Below are positions 1 through 9,539 of a stretch of DNA of 29,289 nucleotides, piece after piece (the stretch's first letter is position 1; each line of letters begins with the position of its first letter). The notes below the pieces were generated by a model. The model ran no database searches. It had not been told where the DNA came from and saw only the letters and a list, made by a program, of their open reading frames with translations. A program made the translations under genes and the position numbers. Source of the stretch: PVC group bacterium (GTDB lineage Bacteria; Auribacterota; Erginobacteria; Erginobacterales; Erginobacteraceae); the NCBI GenBank assembly GCA_043804695.1, contig JAZDIV010000085.1, positions 1 to 29,289 on the forward strand, in the 5' to 3' direction.

Positions 1-129
1 GTCCCCGAGACGGAAGAGGTCGGAGGTCTCCCGCACCATCCCGGCCGCCTCGATCCCTTCCTCTTTCGAAAACCGCCGAAGCAGGTGCGAGCCGATAAAC
101 CCGTTGGCCCCGGTTATCAGGATCTTCAT
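1..129 (-). CDS. NAD-dependent epimerase/dehydratase family protein (5' part; runs off the window edge)
   Basis: Manual minus-strand translation gives MKILITGANGFIGSHLLRRFSKEEGIEAAGMVRETSDLFRLGD, with the TGxxGxxG Rossmann motif. An alternative ATG lies at 132. Not in the ORF track because it is truncated. Confidence 0.9.
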   Translation of the reverse strand, partial: MKILITGANGFIGSHLLRRFSKEEGIEAAGMVRETSDLFRLGD

Positions 130-145
130 CATCCGGACCGATCAA

Positions 146-412
146 TCAGTGCTCCTGGGCCTCGACATAGGCGCGGAGCACGGCATTGATCCGGGTCTGA
201 TACCCTTTGCCTTCGTGCTTGAACCAATCGAGCACCTCCGGATCGAGACGAAGAGAAACCGACTTTTTCCGTTTGGGCATCCGGAGCTGGGCACTCTCGA
301 AAAAGGACTTATCGAGTTTCGGGATACCCGAAAAATCGATCCCCGAATCCGGCATGTCCTTCAGTCGATTCCAGTCAGTGCGTGACTCTCTTATGGTATT
401 CTTCGCTTTCAT
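146..412 (-). CDS. brnA: BrnA family antitoxin (ribbon-helix-helix)
   Basis: TDWNRLKDMPDSGIDFSGIP and C-terminal SVSLRLDPEVLDWFKHEGKGYQTRINAVLRAYV are typical of BrnA. Start moved to MKAKN (412), which overlaps the toxin 3' end. Confidence 0.9.
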   Translation of the reverse strand: MKAKNTIRESRTDWNRLKDMPDSGIDFSGIPKLDKSFFESAQLRMPKRKKSVSLRLDPEVLDWFKHEGKGYQTRINAVLRAYVEAQEH

Positions 413-656
413 GATGTGTTGCCTTTCGGGCCGAGATGATTCGGATTGCCTCATCATTTTCCCACTCAAGATAGACGGTTACAGCTACAATATCTTTTGA
501 CAGGCCGATGCCGATCCACCGGTCCTCACCGTAATAATAACGTGTATCAAGCTGGATGAGCATGGGATAATTGAACATCTCCACAACATCACTGAAATCA
601 ATCCCATGTCAACGGATGTTTTCTTCGTTCCTCTTATCATCCCATTTAAACTTCAT
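375..656 (-). pseudogene. brnT: BrnT family toxin interrupted by an in-frame TGA at 609-611
   Basis: The frame reads MKFKWDDKRNEENIR*HGIDFSDVVEMF...YGEDRWIGIG...IRIISARKAT. BrnT hallmark motifs lie on both sides of the stop, in the same frame. Confidence 0.88.
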
Positions 657-664
657 CATGATAA

Positions 665-690
665 TGTATATACAATATGTAAATACGTCA
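665..690 (-). promoter_or_regulatory. Putative brnTA operator/promoter
   Basis: Perfect palindrome TGTATATACA (665-674) plus a degenerate copy TGTAAATACG (678-687), directly upstream of the brnT ATG. TA operons are typically autorepressed at such sites. Confidence 0.55.
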
Positions 691-856
691 CGCTTGTTTT
701 TTGTTGTTCAAGGCCGCAACATGCGTTGAGAGAAATATTCATGAGGTTTTAACTATGAATGGAGTTGTTATGATCTCTCCATATATTTTATCTTTTTTCA
801 GGCAGACTTCCTTTGCTTAACAAACCTTATACTATCCCTATTCGCCAAGGGATTAT

Positions 857-1306
857 TTAGCGGATGTAAGCGAAGTCGGGTATATGTAGCTGGCGGTGGA
901 TATAATAAATCTTGCTGAAGATCCGAGAGATAGTCATCTCATCTATGGGGATATGGATCCCGTTGGAAAGAGCAAGAATATGGTCCTTCGAGACCGAACC
1001 GGAGACGTTCTCAATCACTTTCTCACCGACCTGTATCCGGTAGCCGATTGCATCACCCGGTTGAGCTGTTGATTGAAGTTCCACCGGCGTGGTCTCATCA
1101 GGGTCTAAGAACGATTTCCAGGGATATTCTTTACCTTTGTATAAAAATATCCAGTCTTCCACGATTGGTTGGTCGCGAATAGCTTCATTGGAAGTGTCAC
1201 CATTGAATGACCCCTCCTGGCCTTCAGCCGCTTTGATCTGTTGAAAAATCAGAGTGGCTAAGAGGATTAAGAAAATAAGGAACAATTTTTTCAACAGTAC
1301 GCTCAT
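857..1306 (-). CDS. Secreted hypothetical protein (possibly a truncated gene)
   Basis: 149-aa ORF with an N-terminal signal peptide homologous to that of 6847..7935. By that alignment the true start may be TTG at 1294. Confidence 0.65.
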   Translation of the reverse strand: MSVLLKKLFLIFLILLATLIFQQIKAAEGQEGSFNGDTSNEAIRDQPIVEDWIFLYKGKEYPWKSFLDPDETTPVELQSTAQPGDAIGYRIQVGEKVIENVSGSVSKDHILALSNGIHIPIDEMTISRIFSKIYYIHRQLHIPDFAYIR

Positions 1307-1389
1307 ATTTCATCCCCCTCCCATCCCAACGAGGGGAGCACCTGAATTATGTTATGACCAGGTGAATTAGTTTTTTTGGTTTTCTTTCA

Positions 1390-4300
1390 TTATTCCGGGA
1401 TATTAAAAATGGAGCGGGCAAAATCCAAAAACTTAGTTTTTCTTTCTACATATACGGGTATTGGTTCTTTAACGATATACTCCACGTCATACCAATGTAG
1501 AAATGATTCGATCTTATTAAGATCCTCAGGAGACAGTGAATTGGCGAGCTGGGTTAATTCGATTTTCATTCTATTAAGACGTTCCGGATTCCCACTTTCT
1601 TCCATGTAATAAGATTCATCAAATCCGAAGGCAAGCAACAACTTGGCCCTGGTGACCGTGTCCTCTTCATTCCAAAGGGAAACAACCTTCCGGGCCATAT
1701 GGTACCGCTCAGTTACTTGAGTAATATTGCTGCTGGAAGTATAAGCTTTTTTCCCCTCATAATCTTCCGGACTGGATGTGGCTATCCGTTCCAGTTCGGG
1801 TTTTAAGGATCGAAGGTCCGCGGCCCAGATATGCCAGATGATTTCGGTGAGGTTTTGATTTGTTTCTTTAAGGTGCGGTCTGAGTATGCTTTTAAGTTGT
1901 GATTTATATTTTGCCCCTCCGGACTGGGCTAAATAGGTTAAGGTGGAGAGAACGTCTTGGTATACGTCACCAGATTCACTCTTATTGAGGGCATTAGTAA
2001 TAATATAGAAGTATTTCGTTCCCCCTCTGAGAGCCAGCGCCCGGCAAGCTTTAGCCAAAGTGAAGTTTATTACATCGTCCCCCCCTTTAGGCCCTAAGAG
2101 TTGAAGCAAGGCGTTATCAATCTTTTGATCCGGATAACGGAGCGGATCATCAGCAGGAACAAGACAATCTATAGCCTTACCTCGTTCCTTCCAGCCGCTG
2201 CCAGGATCGAGAGCAACCTCAATCAATGCCTCCACCCGTTGATCTTCATCCGGGATGGCTTTAGCTTGTTCCAGGACTGAGAAGGCAGAGACAGTAAGAT
2301 CCCCCTTTTCAGCAGGCGGTATCTTTTCTGCTATTTCCCGAGCCTTCTTTTCATTTACTTCGGTAAGTGCCTCAAATGCCTGCCGGGCTATTTCCCCGTT
2401 TGAATTATTTAATAATTGTTCAAGAACAACGATATATTGTTTCGGGTAGTGAAATTCCAGTCGTTGTAATGCCCAGGTATACCCTTCTTTTCGGGAAAGG
2501 ACCCAGGCTGCAAGATCTCCCGGCTTATTCGCCAACTCCAGTTTTCGGATAGCCAGTATCAGGGCTCTGCGTAATTGATAGAGATAGATCGCTTTTTTAT
2601 CGTATCCCTTCCCATAGGAAAAAATTTGACGGGCCAATCGTTTCCCGTCGTTTCTTATCTTTTCTGATGCATGTTTGATAATTAATTCTTCCAGGCTGTT
2701 CTCATTTTCATCGGGTGGGGGAAGCTGTTGTTGTGCCTTGGGAATAAGAGAGGAGAGAGCAGATATAACGAAATCTCCGACTGCTTCTACAGAAACCTGC
2801 ACTATTTTTAAGGATATGTCCCTTTGATCAGGAGAGAATAGATCTAAAAACCGCCGGGACAATTCTGTAATAGTAGCCATGTCTTCATTACAGAGATTTT
2901 TTCTGAATGAAGTTTTTTCCGGGGATTCTTTCAGATCAAATAATGCCCAGCGATTACCAAGATATTCAGGGAGGGCGGCAGAGATCAGATACCGGGACAG
3001 GTTCAGAAATATCTTTTTATTATAATCAGCATCCCAGCGCTTTGAAATGGCTGTGGTCCCCCAGATGGTTCCATCATATTCAAGACCATTTTTTCCGGAA
3101 TCCGGAACTATTTCAATGGCCCCCAATCCATCGGCGGAACTCCAACCACCGGAAGTAAATCTATCGCCATTTTCCTTTCTTTCGCTCCGGACACGATCCA
3201 GCCACCAAACTGTTTCTATTATATGTTTGGCCTCGTTATAATTTAAATTGCACCAGCGAAAATCATAGCAGGTTTGAGCGTGGATAGGGTTATAACCGAC
3301 TATCCCCGGGCTTTGAGTACAAGCATACGCAAGATAGGATTCCCGGGGATCGCAACGCAGGAAGTAATGGGCGTCTATGGTAACGTAGCTTCGATCTGAG
3401 TAATATGAAAAGTGGAGAGAGCAGACAGCCGGTGGTCCTCGATCATCAAGATCGTTAAGGGCGAGGCGGAATTGTTCCCGGTGATCGGAGGTCCGATTGA
3501 CGCGAGCAAATTCTAACGCAGCCTTCTTGGGGGGTACGTTCCAGAAGTCTTTTGGAAGATGCGTTATTATAACCGCTTCCTTTTTAAGATCCCCAATTGA
3601 CTTTCCCTTATCCATATAATGAACAACTTCTTTATCAGATAGCTTTTTAAGAGAGATATACCTGTAGGATTGATATAATTTTTCGGGGGCGTGGGGAATA
3701 TGGATATGCTTTTTGGGGGTCGATGGTATGAGTGCGGGGATATATCCAAGTCCACCAACTTTTTTCAATGTCTCAAGCTCATTCCATACATCAGCCGGGG
3801 CAACCATTCTGAAGTGATCTCCCGGTTCTCCCTGGGGACCAACGTATTTTCGCTTCGCTTCATCCCAACGATAGACAATCTTGGGTTCGATCCCATCATT
3901 TATTTTTGGACCAAGTTCTATCTCATAAATTCCGTCACGATCGGCATTATTGATTCGGTAGCCCCATTCATTTCCCTCATTCAAACGTGATTCATGCCAG
4001 TTATAAACCACGGCCAATAATATTTCCGCGTCTTCTTTAACTGCCGTCACTTCCAGAACATCAACATCATAATCTTCCTGAATCCCGTAACTGGTGTAAT
4101 CAACCCTCTCGATGAGACCATCTCCATTAATGTCAAATAGATATCCATCGTTAAGCATGTTACCGCCGCCAAAGGGATATATAGGTTTGCCGGTTGATGT
4201 GAACCCGACAATTACCATTTCTTTTTTGCGTTCTTTTTCCTGGCCTTCTTTTTCTTCCTTTTTCTGAGGCGGAAATAATCGAGAGACATTATCATCGGGG

Positions 4301-4629
4301 TAGCTATCTTCATCCTGGGCCAGATAGTCTGTGGGGAGTTTAAAGAGAACGAGAAATATCGGAAGTCCTCCATTGCTTTGAGGGCACACAATAAGTTCCA
4401 GATCAGTGATGTGAGGCAATATCTCGAAAATATATTCCTCCTCCTTTGTGGCAGAGCGTCGATACAGTTCGGTAAAAGCAGCCAATTGGGACTCTTCCAA
4501 CTGTAATAGTTCTATCAACTTTTCCCCACTTAAATGATTGAATTCCTTTACTTCGCCGGCTGCTTGTTGTTCTATTGGTGAGGCTGAAACAACAAGTACG
4601 TAAAAGATAATAGCAGCAATTCTTTTCAT
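1390..4629 (-). CDS. Large secreted hypothetical protein with C-terminal HEAT/ARM-like helical repeats
   Basis: 1079-aa ORF with a signal peptide, DINGDG/DRDG acidic loops near the N-terminus and HEAT-like segments (IARQAFEAL, ERGKAIDCL, LAKACRALA). Confidence 0.8.
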   Translation of the reverse strand: MKRIAAIIFYVLVVSASPIEQQAAGEVKEFNHLSGEKLIELLQLEESQLAAFTELYRRSATKEEEYIFEILPHITDLELIVCPQSNGGLPIFLVLFKLPTDYLAQDEDSYPDDNVSRLFPPQKKEEKEGQEKERKKEMVIVGFTSTGKPIYPFGGGNMLNDGYLFDINGDGLIERVDYTSYGIQEDYDVDVLEVTAVKEDAEILLAVVYNWHESRLNEGNEWGYRINNADRDGIYEIELGPKINDGIEPKIVYRWDEAKRKYVGPQGEPGDHFRMVAPADVWNELETLKKVGGLGYIPALIPSTPKKHIHIPHAPEKLYQSYRYISLKKLSDKEVVHYMDKGKSIGDLKKEAVIITHLPKDFWNVPPKKAALEFARVNRTSDHREQFRLALNDLDDRGPPAVCSLHFSYYSDRSYVTIDAHYFLRCDPRESYLAYACTQSPGIVGYNPIHAQTCYDFRWCNLNYNEAKHIIETVWWLDRVRSERKENGDRFTSGGWSSADGLGAIEIVPDSGKNGLEYDGTIWGTTAISKRWDADYNKKIFLNLSRYLISAALPEYLGNRWALFDLKESPEKTSFRKNLCNEDMATITELSRRFLDLFSPDQRDISLKIVQVSVEAVGDFVISALSSLIPKAQQQLPPPDENENSLEELIIKHASEKIRNDGKRLARQIFSYGKGYDKKAIYLYQLRRALILAIRKLELANKPGDLAAWVLSRKEGYTWALQRLEFHYPKQYIVVLEQLLNNSNGEIARQAFEALTEVNEKKAREIAEKIPPAEKGDLTVSAFSVLEQAKAIPDEDQRVEALIEVALDPGSGWKERGKAIDCLVPADDPLRYPDQKIDNALLQLLGPKGGDDVINFTLAKACRALALRGGTKYFYIITNALNKSESGDVYQDVLSTLTYLAQSGGAKYKSQLKSILRPHLKETNQNLTEIIWHIWAADLRSLKPELERIATSSPEDYEGKKAYTSSSNITQVTERYHMARKVVSLWNEEDTVTRAKLLLAFGFDESYYMEESGNPERLNRMKIELTQLANSLSPEDLNKIESFLHWYDVEYIVKEPIPVYVERKTKFLDFARSIFNIPE

Positions 4630-4767
4630 TACTGATAATCCATATTCCCCATTTCCACTCTGGGGAACTTATATAAAGGATAACTCAATACGTCGGCTCC
4701 CAGACGTACTTGCCAACTGTCAAAGGAGATAGTTCTCACCCTGAGATGTTTTTCTTAAGGCTGGATA

Positions 4768-5004
4768 TTATAGTTCTTCTTTCTTCAAGCTTCCTTTCAA
4801 AGTTATAAACAATATCCCGCCTGCTACAACAATGATGAAGATCCTGAAAAAGTTTGGTCGATATGCCAGTACAACAGCATGCCCCCAGCTTTCATTTTGA
4901 TTAGAACTCCATTTTCTATCAAAATGGTAAATCCCAAACAGGATCTCAAACAAAATTATCAATACCGGGATTATTATCAGAATTGATTTTTGTTTAACAT
5001 TCAC
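4768..5004 (-). CDS. Small membrane protein (2 TM)
   Basis: 78-aa ORF with two hydrophobic segments, co-oriented with its neighbours; GTG start. Confidence 0.65.
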   Translation of the reverse strand: MNVKQKSILIIIPVLIILFEILFGIYHFDRKWSSNQNESWGHAVVLAYRPNFFRIFIIVVAGGILFITLKGSLKKEEL

Positions 5005-5086
5005 TTGATTTCTATTCCCACCTCTGATCCCGTCGGGGGGATTATCTACATTACGTAATGGTCGGGCGAATCAGGTTGTCAGCGTG

Positions 5087-6850
5087 TCAGTGAATCGGTT
5101 TGAGATCGCTGGGGAATTTGGTCCCGGTTTCCCCTTCCCATCGTTCAACCTCGTCATCTGTCCAGATCTGAACATTGCGTAATCTTCCTGTAGATCCAGG
5201 ATTGTTATTACTATCCTCTGGGGGTTGCTCAGCTCCAATCTCATCCAAGAAGCTAAAGGTTATCTCTTGCCCATCCCCTTTATTCGAGGCGATAGTGATT
5301 TCCCCGTTTTCCCTCTTATAAATCCAGGGCTTATCTGAAAAGGGATCCGGGGAAAGAGAGGCGACGTAATCAGGTACAAGTTGCTTAAGGGTTTCGGGAT
5401 AAGCTCCATTCTCGATCCAGTACAATCGCAGTCCCGCGAGAAGCAATGTTAATCTCCGCTCGGCAGTGCCCCATCGGTCTTGATCGGCAAGATCAATATA
5501 CTTGGGAATGGAATATCGTATAAACCAATTCTTTTCTCTGCGCTTAGAAGCCAGTGCATATTGTTTTTTCATCTCCTCGTATTCTGGGGAATACGGGGGG
5601 GTAAAACACAGTGCTTCCAAAGAATCCAACCAATGATTGGTCAATACCATGGTGGACGAAGACGGAAACCGAAGAGTGTTCCATCTCCAATTCAGGTTTG
5701 TTAATACTTTCTGCAGTGTCGTGAACTCCGGTAACCATTCCGCTTCCGGCGTCCTATAAAGGTCGTATAGCCATAGGTTATTGAATCTTAATTCGAAGAT
5801 CAGACTTCTTCTCAAAGAATTTTGAAGTAGCGCATCTAATCCTTCAAGTTCCTTCAATATTACTCGGCAGGTTTGTGCCTTTAACAAATCAGACATTAAT
5901 GATTCACGTAAAAGTGAGTGAAAAGGCGTTTCACTAACGAGGTTGATAATAGCTGTAATCAGCCATCCCGGATCGCTGAGTTGTTTGAAGATTTTTGTTG
6001 TTATAAGTATTTCCGGGAGACTGTCATCAATCCCCTTTTCTCCTAATGCCAGACCGGTATTGGCCAGGGCAATTTTAATTATTTTCCAAGTACCTTGCCC
6101 ATCATCGTTGATTGGATACCAATCCATGTAAGATGGTAATTCCGTTGTGGTTATCGGGCCGATAAACTTGGTCTGTTGGGCACCTTTTTTGATTAAGTCC
6201 AATAGTTCCTGATGATTACGGAGCCATTCCGCCAAAACCGGATATTCTTCCGCCTTCCAGGGTGATTGAGGAGGAAAATTTCCACCCATACACAACTCAT
6301 CAAGGTCAACTCCATCTAACATTTCTACTGCTTGTCTGTAGTATGTGGCAGCGTTTATCTCCGGAGAGATCGCATTTACTTTTTCTTGTTGGAATTTACT
6401 AAAGGCTCTTTGGACAGCATGAGGGTCACCACTCTCCAGCGCTTCAATCAGAGGAACGATGAAAACAACATAGACAAGGAAAAAGACGCCTATAATCACC
6501 AAGCTTATTATTCTGAACAGCCCTTTCCTCCAATATTTCCGGAATATGATAGTAGCGATGTAACCAAGGATTAGATTTTGCAGTGGGATTATCACGACAA
6601 GAAATGGCTCTATGACGCGCACCCATCTTTCGATTATCAATGAAGGCAGGATAACATTAGGAATCAATAACAGGATTATGCTGACAGGGAAACAAACGGG
6701 GATAAACAAAGCGGTGGCCAGGGTTACATTAAAGACTGTGACAACCAAAAGCCCCAGTAAGCACCAGATCACGCCTATCGCGATCGGCAAATAGGGGAGC
6801 GATCTGGTTTTCCCGGACTTGCTGGATTTAGGGTCATCTGTCCTCATCAT
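5087..6850 (-). CDS. Membrane-anchored hypothetical protein with a C-terminal pseudopilin (GspG)-like motif
   Basis: About 4 N-terminal TM helices; C-terminal LLLAGLRLYWIENGAYPETLKQLVPDY...PDPFSDKPWIY. Start overlaps the upstream stop (ATGA). Confidence 0.8.
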   Translation of the reverse strand: MMRTDDPKSSKSGKTRSLPYLPIAIGVIWCLLGLLVVTVFNVTLATALFIPVCFPVSIILLLIPNVILPSLIIERWVRVIEPFLVVIIPLQNLILGYIATIIFRKYWRKGLFRIISLVIIGVFFLVYVVFIVPLIEALESGDPHAVQRAFSKFQQEKVNAISPEINAATYYRQAVEMLDGVDLDELCMGGNFPPQSPWKAEEYPVLAEWLRNHQELLDLIKKGAQQTKFIGPITTTELPSYMDWYPINDDGQGTWKIIKIALANTGLALGEKGIDDSLPEILITTKIFKQLSDPGWLITAIINLVSETPFHSLLRESLMSDLLKAQTCRVILKELEGLDALLQNSLRRSLIFELRFNNLWLYDLYRTPEAEWLPEFTTLQKVLTNLNWRWNTLRFPSSSTMVLTNHWLDSLEALCFTPPYSPEYEEMKKQYALASKRREKNWFIRYSIPKYIDLADQDRWGTAERRLTLLLAGLRLYWIENGAYPETLKQLVPDYVASLSPDPFSDKPWIYKRENGEITIASNKGDGQEITFSFLDEIGAEQPPEDSNNNPGSTGRLRNVQIWTDDEVERWEGETGTKFPSDLKPIH

Positions 6851-7935
6851 TTCGTCGGCTCCCAGACGTACTTCCCGGTTTTGTCGATGTAGCCTATCTT
6901 GTCGTCAACTGTTACCTGAGCCAATCCGCCGATGAAGCGGCGTGCTTTATCAAATTGAGGCTTGATAATAAATTTTCCACTCTTGTCGATGTAGCCCCAC
7001 TTCCTTCCGACCTGAGCAAGTGCAATGCCTTCAACAAATTGGTCTACCAGGTCGAATTCGGGCTTAATAATCATTTCACCTTTCCCATCAATATATCCAG
7101 ATTTGATATCTCCCTCTTTCGTAGTTAACATTACCCCGGCGAGTCCTTCTGAGAATGGCAATCCTAAATCATATTGCGGCCCAATTACATACTCCCCTGA
7201 TCGGTCGATGTATCCAAACTTTTCTTCCTTGTTTCTAACAGCCGCAAACCCTTCAGAGAAACCATCGGCCACTATTTCAAGTTGAGGCGGTATTACCATC
7301 TTTCCGGTCTTATCTATAAATCCGACTTTGCCATCAACTTCAACAGCTGCCATTCCTTCGGAAAAATTTCTTCCACCATCATATTTTGGTTCAATGGTAA
7401 ATTCCCCTGATTCATCTAGATAACCCCACTTTCCATTTGCCCATCCTCCAGGAGAGGTACCGTCGAGGATATGCTCCTTCCATTCCCCACCAACCATTAC
7501 CAGGGCCAATCCCTCAGAGAAAGGATAGGCATAATGAAATTGGGGACCAACGACTAACTTCCCAGAGGTATCGATATAGCCATAAGCACCCGATTGAGAA
7601 AACCAATTGCCTTCAAAATTTATTAAAGCCATTCCCTCCTCAAAATACCATGCCTCATCAAACATCGGTTGAATTACCATCTTTCCGGTTTCATCGATAT
7701 AACCCCATTTCTGTTTTATAAAATCCCAGACAGGGGCGAGGCCTTCCGAAAAATATCTTGCAGTACCAAACCGGGGCTCGATCACCATCTCCCCTGATTT
7801 ATCGATATATCCCCATATCCCGTTAACTTGAACAGGGAACAAAACGACAGAATCCTCCTGGTTCTCTATCGCGTTTGCCTGTTGAGAGACCAGGATGGTT
7901 AAGAGGGCTAAAAAAACGATGAGCAATTTTTTCAT
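6847..7935 (-). CDS. Secreted WG-repeat (KWG/WG_beta_rep) protein
   Basis: Signal peptide followed by repeated FSEGLA...KWGYIDKSG.MVI.P.F units; ends GKYVWEPTK. Confidence 0.93.
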   Translation of the reverse strand: MKKLLIVFLALLTILVSQQANAIENQEDSVVLFPVQVNGIWGYIDKSGEMVIEPRFGTARYFSEGLAPVWDFIKQKWGYIDETGKMVIQPMFDEAWYFEEGMALINFEGNWFSQSGAYGYIDTSGKLVVGPQFHYAYPFSEGLALVMVGGEWKEHILDGTSPGGWANGKWGYLDESGEFTIEPKYDGGRNFSEGMAAVEVDGKVGFIDKTGKMVIPPQLEIVADGFSEGFAAVRNKEEKFGYIDRSGEYVIGPQYDLGLPFSEGLAGVMLTTKEGDIKSGYIDGKGEMIIKPEFDLVDQFVEGIALAQVGRKWGYIDKSGKFIIKPQFDKARRFIGGLAQVTVDDKIGYIDKTGKYVWEPTK

Positions 7936-8055
7936 TGGTTTACGCCTATTTTTCCACTCTCTTCCTATCGAGGGAGTGCGCTTAGATTCTCCCGGTAAAA
8001 CTTGAAGCCAAGCAGGAGGGATATTCTGAATTATATCGTTAGATTATTATTATTA

Positions 8056-9507
8056 TTATTCCTTTTCTTCGCGCCGAAAAAGATAAGATTCTTTGTTATG
8101 AGTTTCTTTATAAAAATCTTCTACGGATGCTGATGGGAGCAAGAAGACCTCCCCATTATGTCTAACAGCATATAGCTTTTGATAAACGATGGGGGCATAT
8201 TCGTAAACAGGTAGGTTAAGGGACAGAACTCCATCGGCAAATATTCCTTTCCTTTCCAAGGTAAATGCTCCAAGGCATCCACCAGAAGATAATTGGACAC
8301 GGTATTCACCTGGACCAGTTTTTAGAATCGTCAGGCTGCTTCCTTCCAGGAATCCATCTTTGGTCCATTCCCCCGAAATGTCTATGTGCTTACAGAGGTC
8401 ATCTTCTTTGGGTCTGGCATGATCTTTTAACTCTGGTTGCCAGGGGAATAGTCGTTGGGAATATACGTACTTACCGGTCTTGTTAATATATCCAGATTGC
8501 TCTCCAATCACGGCTTCAGCTAAGCCATTAGAAAATTTATAAGCCTGATCAAATTGGGGTTCGATAATTATCTTCCCCATTTTGTCAATATACCCGTATT
8601 TCCCCCCAATCCATACAGGCGCCAAACCTTCTGAAAACCAGTCAGCATTGTAATATTGAGGTTCGATAACCATCTCACCAGCTCTGTCAATATAACCAAA
8701 CCTGTCACCAACTTTAACTAATGCTCTTCCCTCAGAAAACATGGCGGCGTGATCAAACTTCGCTTCAATAATTACTCTCATTGACTTCTCTATGTATCCA
8801 TATTTATCGCCTTCTTGATATGTTGCCAAGCCATCAGAAAAAGTCCAAATCCATTCGAATTGGGGTTGGAGATTAATCTCCCCATTTTGGTTTATGTATC
8901 CATACTGATCACCGATCTTAATCAAAGCCAACCCTTCGGAGAATGGATTAGCAATATCCAACTGCCGGTTGGTGATCATGTCACCCTCTTTATTGATATA
9001 ACTATTCCTATTCCCAATCTCAACCGATGCCAAGTCTTCAGAGAACCACTGAGCATCATCAAACTGGGGTTTGATAACAACTTTTCCAGCCATATCGATG
9101 AAACCATGCTTATTTTTAATCGTTATTCTGGCCAGTCCTTCTGTAAATGTCCAAGCATTATCAAATTGTGGTTGGATCACAACTTTCCCGGATTTGTCAA
9201 TGTAGCCCCATTTCCCATCAATTTTGACCGGTGCTAATCCTTCGGAAAAACCATAGGTATCTTGAAAACTGGGTGGGATTATTATTTCTCCAGTCTGATC
9301 AATGAACCCCCATTTCCCATCAACCTGAACAGGGAATAAAGCAATGGGCTCCTTGTTTGCTATCGCTGTTCTGCTGATGATACTGGGTAGTAGCCACGCA
9401 CTAATGATGGCTATGATGCATAATAATAAGAACAGAGCACCGTCAATATTGACCGAGAGGATATCCCGCCGGCCGTTCTTATCTTTCCTGTAGATCCACA
9501 GAGACAT
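8056..9507 (-). CDS. Membrane-anchored WG-repeat protein with an additional C-terminal domain
   Basis: N-terminal TM segment, repeated FSEGLA.V...GKWGYID units ending at GKYVY, then about 130 aa of unrelated sequence containing two Cys. Confidence 0.92.
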   Translation of the reverse strand: MSLWIYRKDKNGRRDILSVNIDGALFLLLCIIAIISAWLLPSIISRTAIANKEPIALFPVQVDGKWGFIDQTGEIIIPPSFQDTYGFSEGLAPVKIDGKWGYIDKSGKVVIQPQFDNAWTFTEGLARITIKNKHGFIDMAGKVVIKPQFDDAQWFSEDLASVEIGNRNSYINKEGDMITNRQLDIANPFSEGLALIKIGDQYGYINQNGEINLQPQFEWIWTFSDGLATYQEGDKYGYIEKSMRVIIEAKFDHAAMFSEGRALVKVGDRFGYIDRAGEMVIEPQYYNADWFSEGLAPVWIGGKYGYIDKMGKIIIEPQFDQAYKFSNGLAEAVIGEQSGYINKTGKYVYSQRLFPWQPELKDHARPKEDDLCKHIDISGEWTKDGFLEGSSLTILKTGPGEYRVQLSSGGCLGAFTLERKGIFADGVLSLNLPVYEYAPIVYQKLYAVRHNGEVFLLPSASVEDFYKETHNKESYLFRREEKE

Positions 9508-9539
9508 AAGCCGTTTTATCTATATTTTAACGATGCCAG

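Noticed and set aside
609..611. TGA in brnT as selenocysteine or genetic-code reassignment
   Set aside because: The position is normally basic, not Cys/Trp/Gly, and TGA terminates other clear genes in the window.
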